Source: Actinomycetota bacterium
GTDB lineage: Bacteria > Actinomycetota > Thermoleophilia > Gaiellales > Gaiellaceae
NCBI GenBank assembly: GCA_046724925.1
Contig: JBKOXM010000009.1
Coordinates: 1-33,112, forward strand
DNA: 33,112 nt
Direction of reading: 5' to 3'
In this document: positions 31,140-33,112 of the stretch, piece after piece
How the letters are laid out: each line of letters begins with the position of its first letter
Position numbering within the stretch: position 1 is the stretch's first letter
The notes under the pieces: model-generated
Databases searched by the model: none
Told to the model about the DNA's origin: nothing
Seen by the model: the letters and a program-made list of their open reading frames with translations, nothing else
Made by a program: the position numbers and the translations under genes

Positions 31140-33065
31140 CTACACAGCGCGCTCGATCTCGTCGAGCGCGTCGGGATTCTCGAGCGAGGAGAGATCTCCC
31201 GGGTCGCGTCCGAGCACCTTCGCGCGGACGGCTCGGCGGACGATCTTGGCGCTGCGTGTCTTCGGCAATGCGCCCACGAACACGATCCGCTCCGGCCGGA
31301 AGGCCTTCCCGAGCTCGACTGCGACCGCCTCGCTTACCTCCCGCGCCAGCTCGTCGCCGTCCTCGGCGTCCGGCTTGAGCACGCAGAAGATCCACGCGAC
31401 TTCACCTTTGATCTCGTGCGGGACGCCGATCGCAGCTGCCTCGGCCACGGCCGGATGGGCGACCGCCGCCGACTCGAGCTCCGCCGGTCCAACTCGCTTG
31501 CCGGCGATGTTCAGCGTGTCGTCGGAGCGCCCGTGCAGATACCAGTAGCCGTCCGCGTCGACGGACGCCCAGTCACCGTGCGTCCACACGCCCGGAAACC
31601 GGCGCCAGTACGTCTCCAGGTAGCGCTCGGAATCACCCCAGATGCCGCGCGTCATGCCGGGCCACGGTCGCTTGCAGACGAGCTCGCCGACCTCCCCTCG
31701 AACCGAACGGCCCTCGCTGTCGAAGACGTCGACGTCCTCGCCCAGCGCCGGGAACCCCAGCGAAACCGGCTTGATGGGCTCGACCGGAGTGACCGACAGG
31801 AAGCAGGCGCCGACCTCGGTGCCCCCGGAGAGGTTGATGATCGGCGTGCGGCCGCCCCCGACGTGCTCGTGCAGCCACATGTACGGCGCGGGATTCCATG
31901 GCTCACCCGTGGTCGCGATCGCGCGCAACGTCGACAGGTCGGTCCGTGGCTCGCCCTTGGGGATCAGCGCTCGGATCAAGGTCGGCGAGACTCCGAGGAG
32001 GTTCACGCGCTCGCGCTCGACCAGCGTCCAGAGTCGGTCCTCGGGCGTGTCCGGGGCGCCTTCGGCGAAGACGATCGTCGCTCCGACGGCCCCACCGCCC
32101 ACGACAGTCCACGGGCCCATGATCCAGCCCATGTCGGTGGCGAAGTGGATCCGATCGCCGGCGCTCACGTCCGTCGGGTAGGCGACCTCGCGCGCGATCG
32201 AGACGAGGAAGCCGGCATGGACGTGGAGGGCTCCCTTGGGGCGACCCGTCGTCCCGGACGTGTACGCGAGCAGGTACGGCTGCTCGGAATCGACTTCGAG
32301 GGGCGCGAGCTCGCCCGGCATGTCGTCGACGAGCTCGTGCCAGAACCGGTCACGACCGACGACCATCGGCACGTCTTCGCGTCCGAGCCGCTGCCAGACG
32401 ACCACGTGGGTCACGGTTGGTGCTTCCCGCAACGCCTCGTCGGCGATCTCCTTCATGGGAACCTCCGCGCCGCGTCGCAGCGACCCGTCCGCGGTGATGA
32501 GGACCTTCGCGTCAGCATCGGCGAGACGAGCCGCGATCGCCGGTGCCGCGAAGCCCGAGAAGATGGGGACGAAGATCGCGCCGAGGTGAGCGCACGCATG
32601 CGCCGCAATCGCGGCCTCGGGCGTCATGGGCAGGAACATGCCCACCGCATCGCCGTCGCCGACGCCGAGTGACGCCAGACCCTCTGCAAGTCGCGTGATC
32701 TCAGCGGAAAGCTCGCGCCAGGTGAAGGTCGATCGGTCGCCGTCCTCGAACAGCCCGACAGCCGCTTCCTCGTCAGCCCGTTCGCTTTGGGCCCACTTGT
32801 GCGCGCAGTTCCACGCGAGGTTCAGCGTTCCGCCGACGAACCATTTGGCCCACTCGATGCCACCTTGCGTGTCGAGCACCCGGCGCCACGGCTGCCAGAA
32901 CTCGAGCGCGAGATCGTCGACGAGCTCCGGCCAGAACCGCTCCGGATCCTCGATCGAGATCCGGTGCAGGTCGTGATAGTCGGCGCAACCGAGCCGCCGC
33001 ATCAGTCGTGTGACGTTCGCGCGCTCGACCTGGTCTTCGGTCGGCGTCCAGACGAAGTCCGGCAC
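31140..33065 (-). CDS. AMP-forming acyl-CoA synthetase of the acetyl-CoA synthetase family (second paralogue in the window)
   Basis: The 641-aa ORF starts at GTG. It reads WFVGGTLNLAWNCAHKW, YTSGTTGRPKG, GEPWNP, TGDW..DADGYWYLHGRSDD and LPKTRSAKIVRR. Confidence 0.85.
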   Translation of the reverse strand: MPDFVWTPTEDQVERANVTRLMRRLGCADYHDLHRISIEDPERFWPELVDDLALEFWQPWRRVLDTQGGIEWAKWFVGGTLNLAWNCAHKWAQSERADEEAAVGLFEDGDRSTFTWRELSAEITRLAEGLASLGVGDGDAVGMFLPMTPEAAIAAHACAHLGAIFVPIFSGFAAPAIAARLADADAKVLITADGSLRRGAEVPMKEIADEALREAPTVTHVVVWQRLGREDVPMVVGRDRFWHELVDDMPGELAPLEVDSEQPYLLAYTSGTTGRPKGALHVHAGFLVSIAREVAYPTDVSAGDRIHFATDMGWIMGPWTVVGGGAVGATIVFAEGAPDTPEDRLWTLVERERVNLLGVSPTLIRALIPKGEPRTDLSTLRAIATTGEPWNPAPYMWLHEHVGGGRTPIINLSGGTEVGACFLSVTPVEPIKPVSLGFPALGEDVDVFDSEGRSVRGEVGELVCKRPWPGMTRGIWGDSERYLETYWRRFPGVWTHGDWASVDADGYWYLHGRSDDTLNIAGKRVGPAELESAAVAHPAVAEAAAIGVPHEIKGEVAWIFCVLKPDAEDGDELAREVSEAVAVELGKAFRPERIVFVGALPKTRSAKIVRRAVRAKVLGRDPGDLSSLENPDALDEIERAV

Positions 33066-33112
33066 GGCAGGAAGCGTAGTCCACGCTCGCTCGTTTCTTA
33101 AGAGGAGCTACG

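Noticed and set aside
1-33112. Additional SigR/SigH-type promoters, CRISPR arrays, rRNA/tRNA genes and classical defence genes (restriction-modification, toxin-antitoxin, Cas, abortive infection).
   Set aside because: Every other GGAAT I located on either strand lacks GTT at N18 and most lie inside genes. I saw no regularly spaced direct repeats, no structured-RNA gene signatures and no defence-type domains in any supported ORF.

Overview
High-GC (by eye about two-thirds to 70% G+C), very gene-dense chromosomal segment that looks actinobacterial. Supporting signs are a SigR/RsrA-type ECF sigma/anti-sigma pair, many 4-nt GTGA start/stop overlaps and many leaderless-type starts; taxonomy is inference only. 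I support about 36 protein genes and see no rRNA, tRNA or CRISPR array. Left to right: a thiol/redox neighbourhood with a CxxxxC flavoprotein disulfide reductase, a YbdK/GCS2 ligase coupled to an HMA protein, and an ECF sigma plus ZAS anti-sigma behind an exact GGAAT-N18-GTT promoter. Next come a solitary RAYT-like HUH transposase and a minus-strand cluster: amidohydrolase_2, a three-subunit molybdenum hydroxylase (S-L-M), a lipoprotein cyclophilin, a MocA-like cytidylyltransferase and an HTH/LytR_C protein. Then secreted repeat proteins, pepP-acs, GNAT plus a class-A-like serine hydrolase, and an epimerase-DUF3052-thioesterase-M16 peptidase operon. The right part holds MscS, a cysteine-desulfurase-like enzyme, ClpS, a saccharopine-dehydrogenase-like protein, YciI, nadE, a CAP-domain protein, an SDR and a second Acs-family ligase. 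The window is mostly housekeeping, with no classical defence island. The most unusual items are three. (1) A Mug glycosylase fused in frame to a canonical Nudix hydrolase, overlapping a downstream uncharacterised winged-helix protein (25107-26829). (2) A second, diverged copy of the last 35 codons of acs about 100 nt after the intact acs stop, next to a GNAT gene (15657-16685). (3) The orphan disulfide reductase / GCS2 ligase / HMA cluster beside the SigR-RsrA-like module. All functional calls come from motif recognition by eye; no searches were run.
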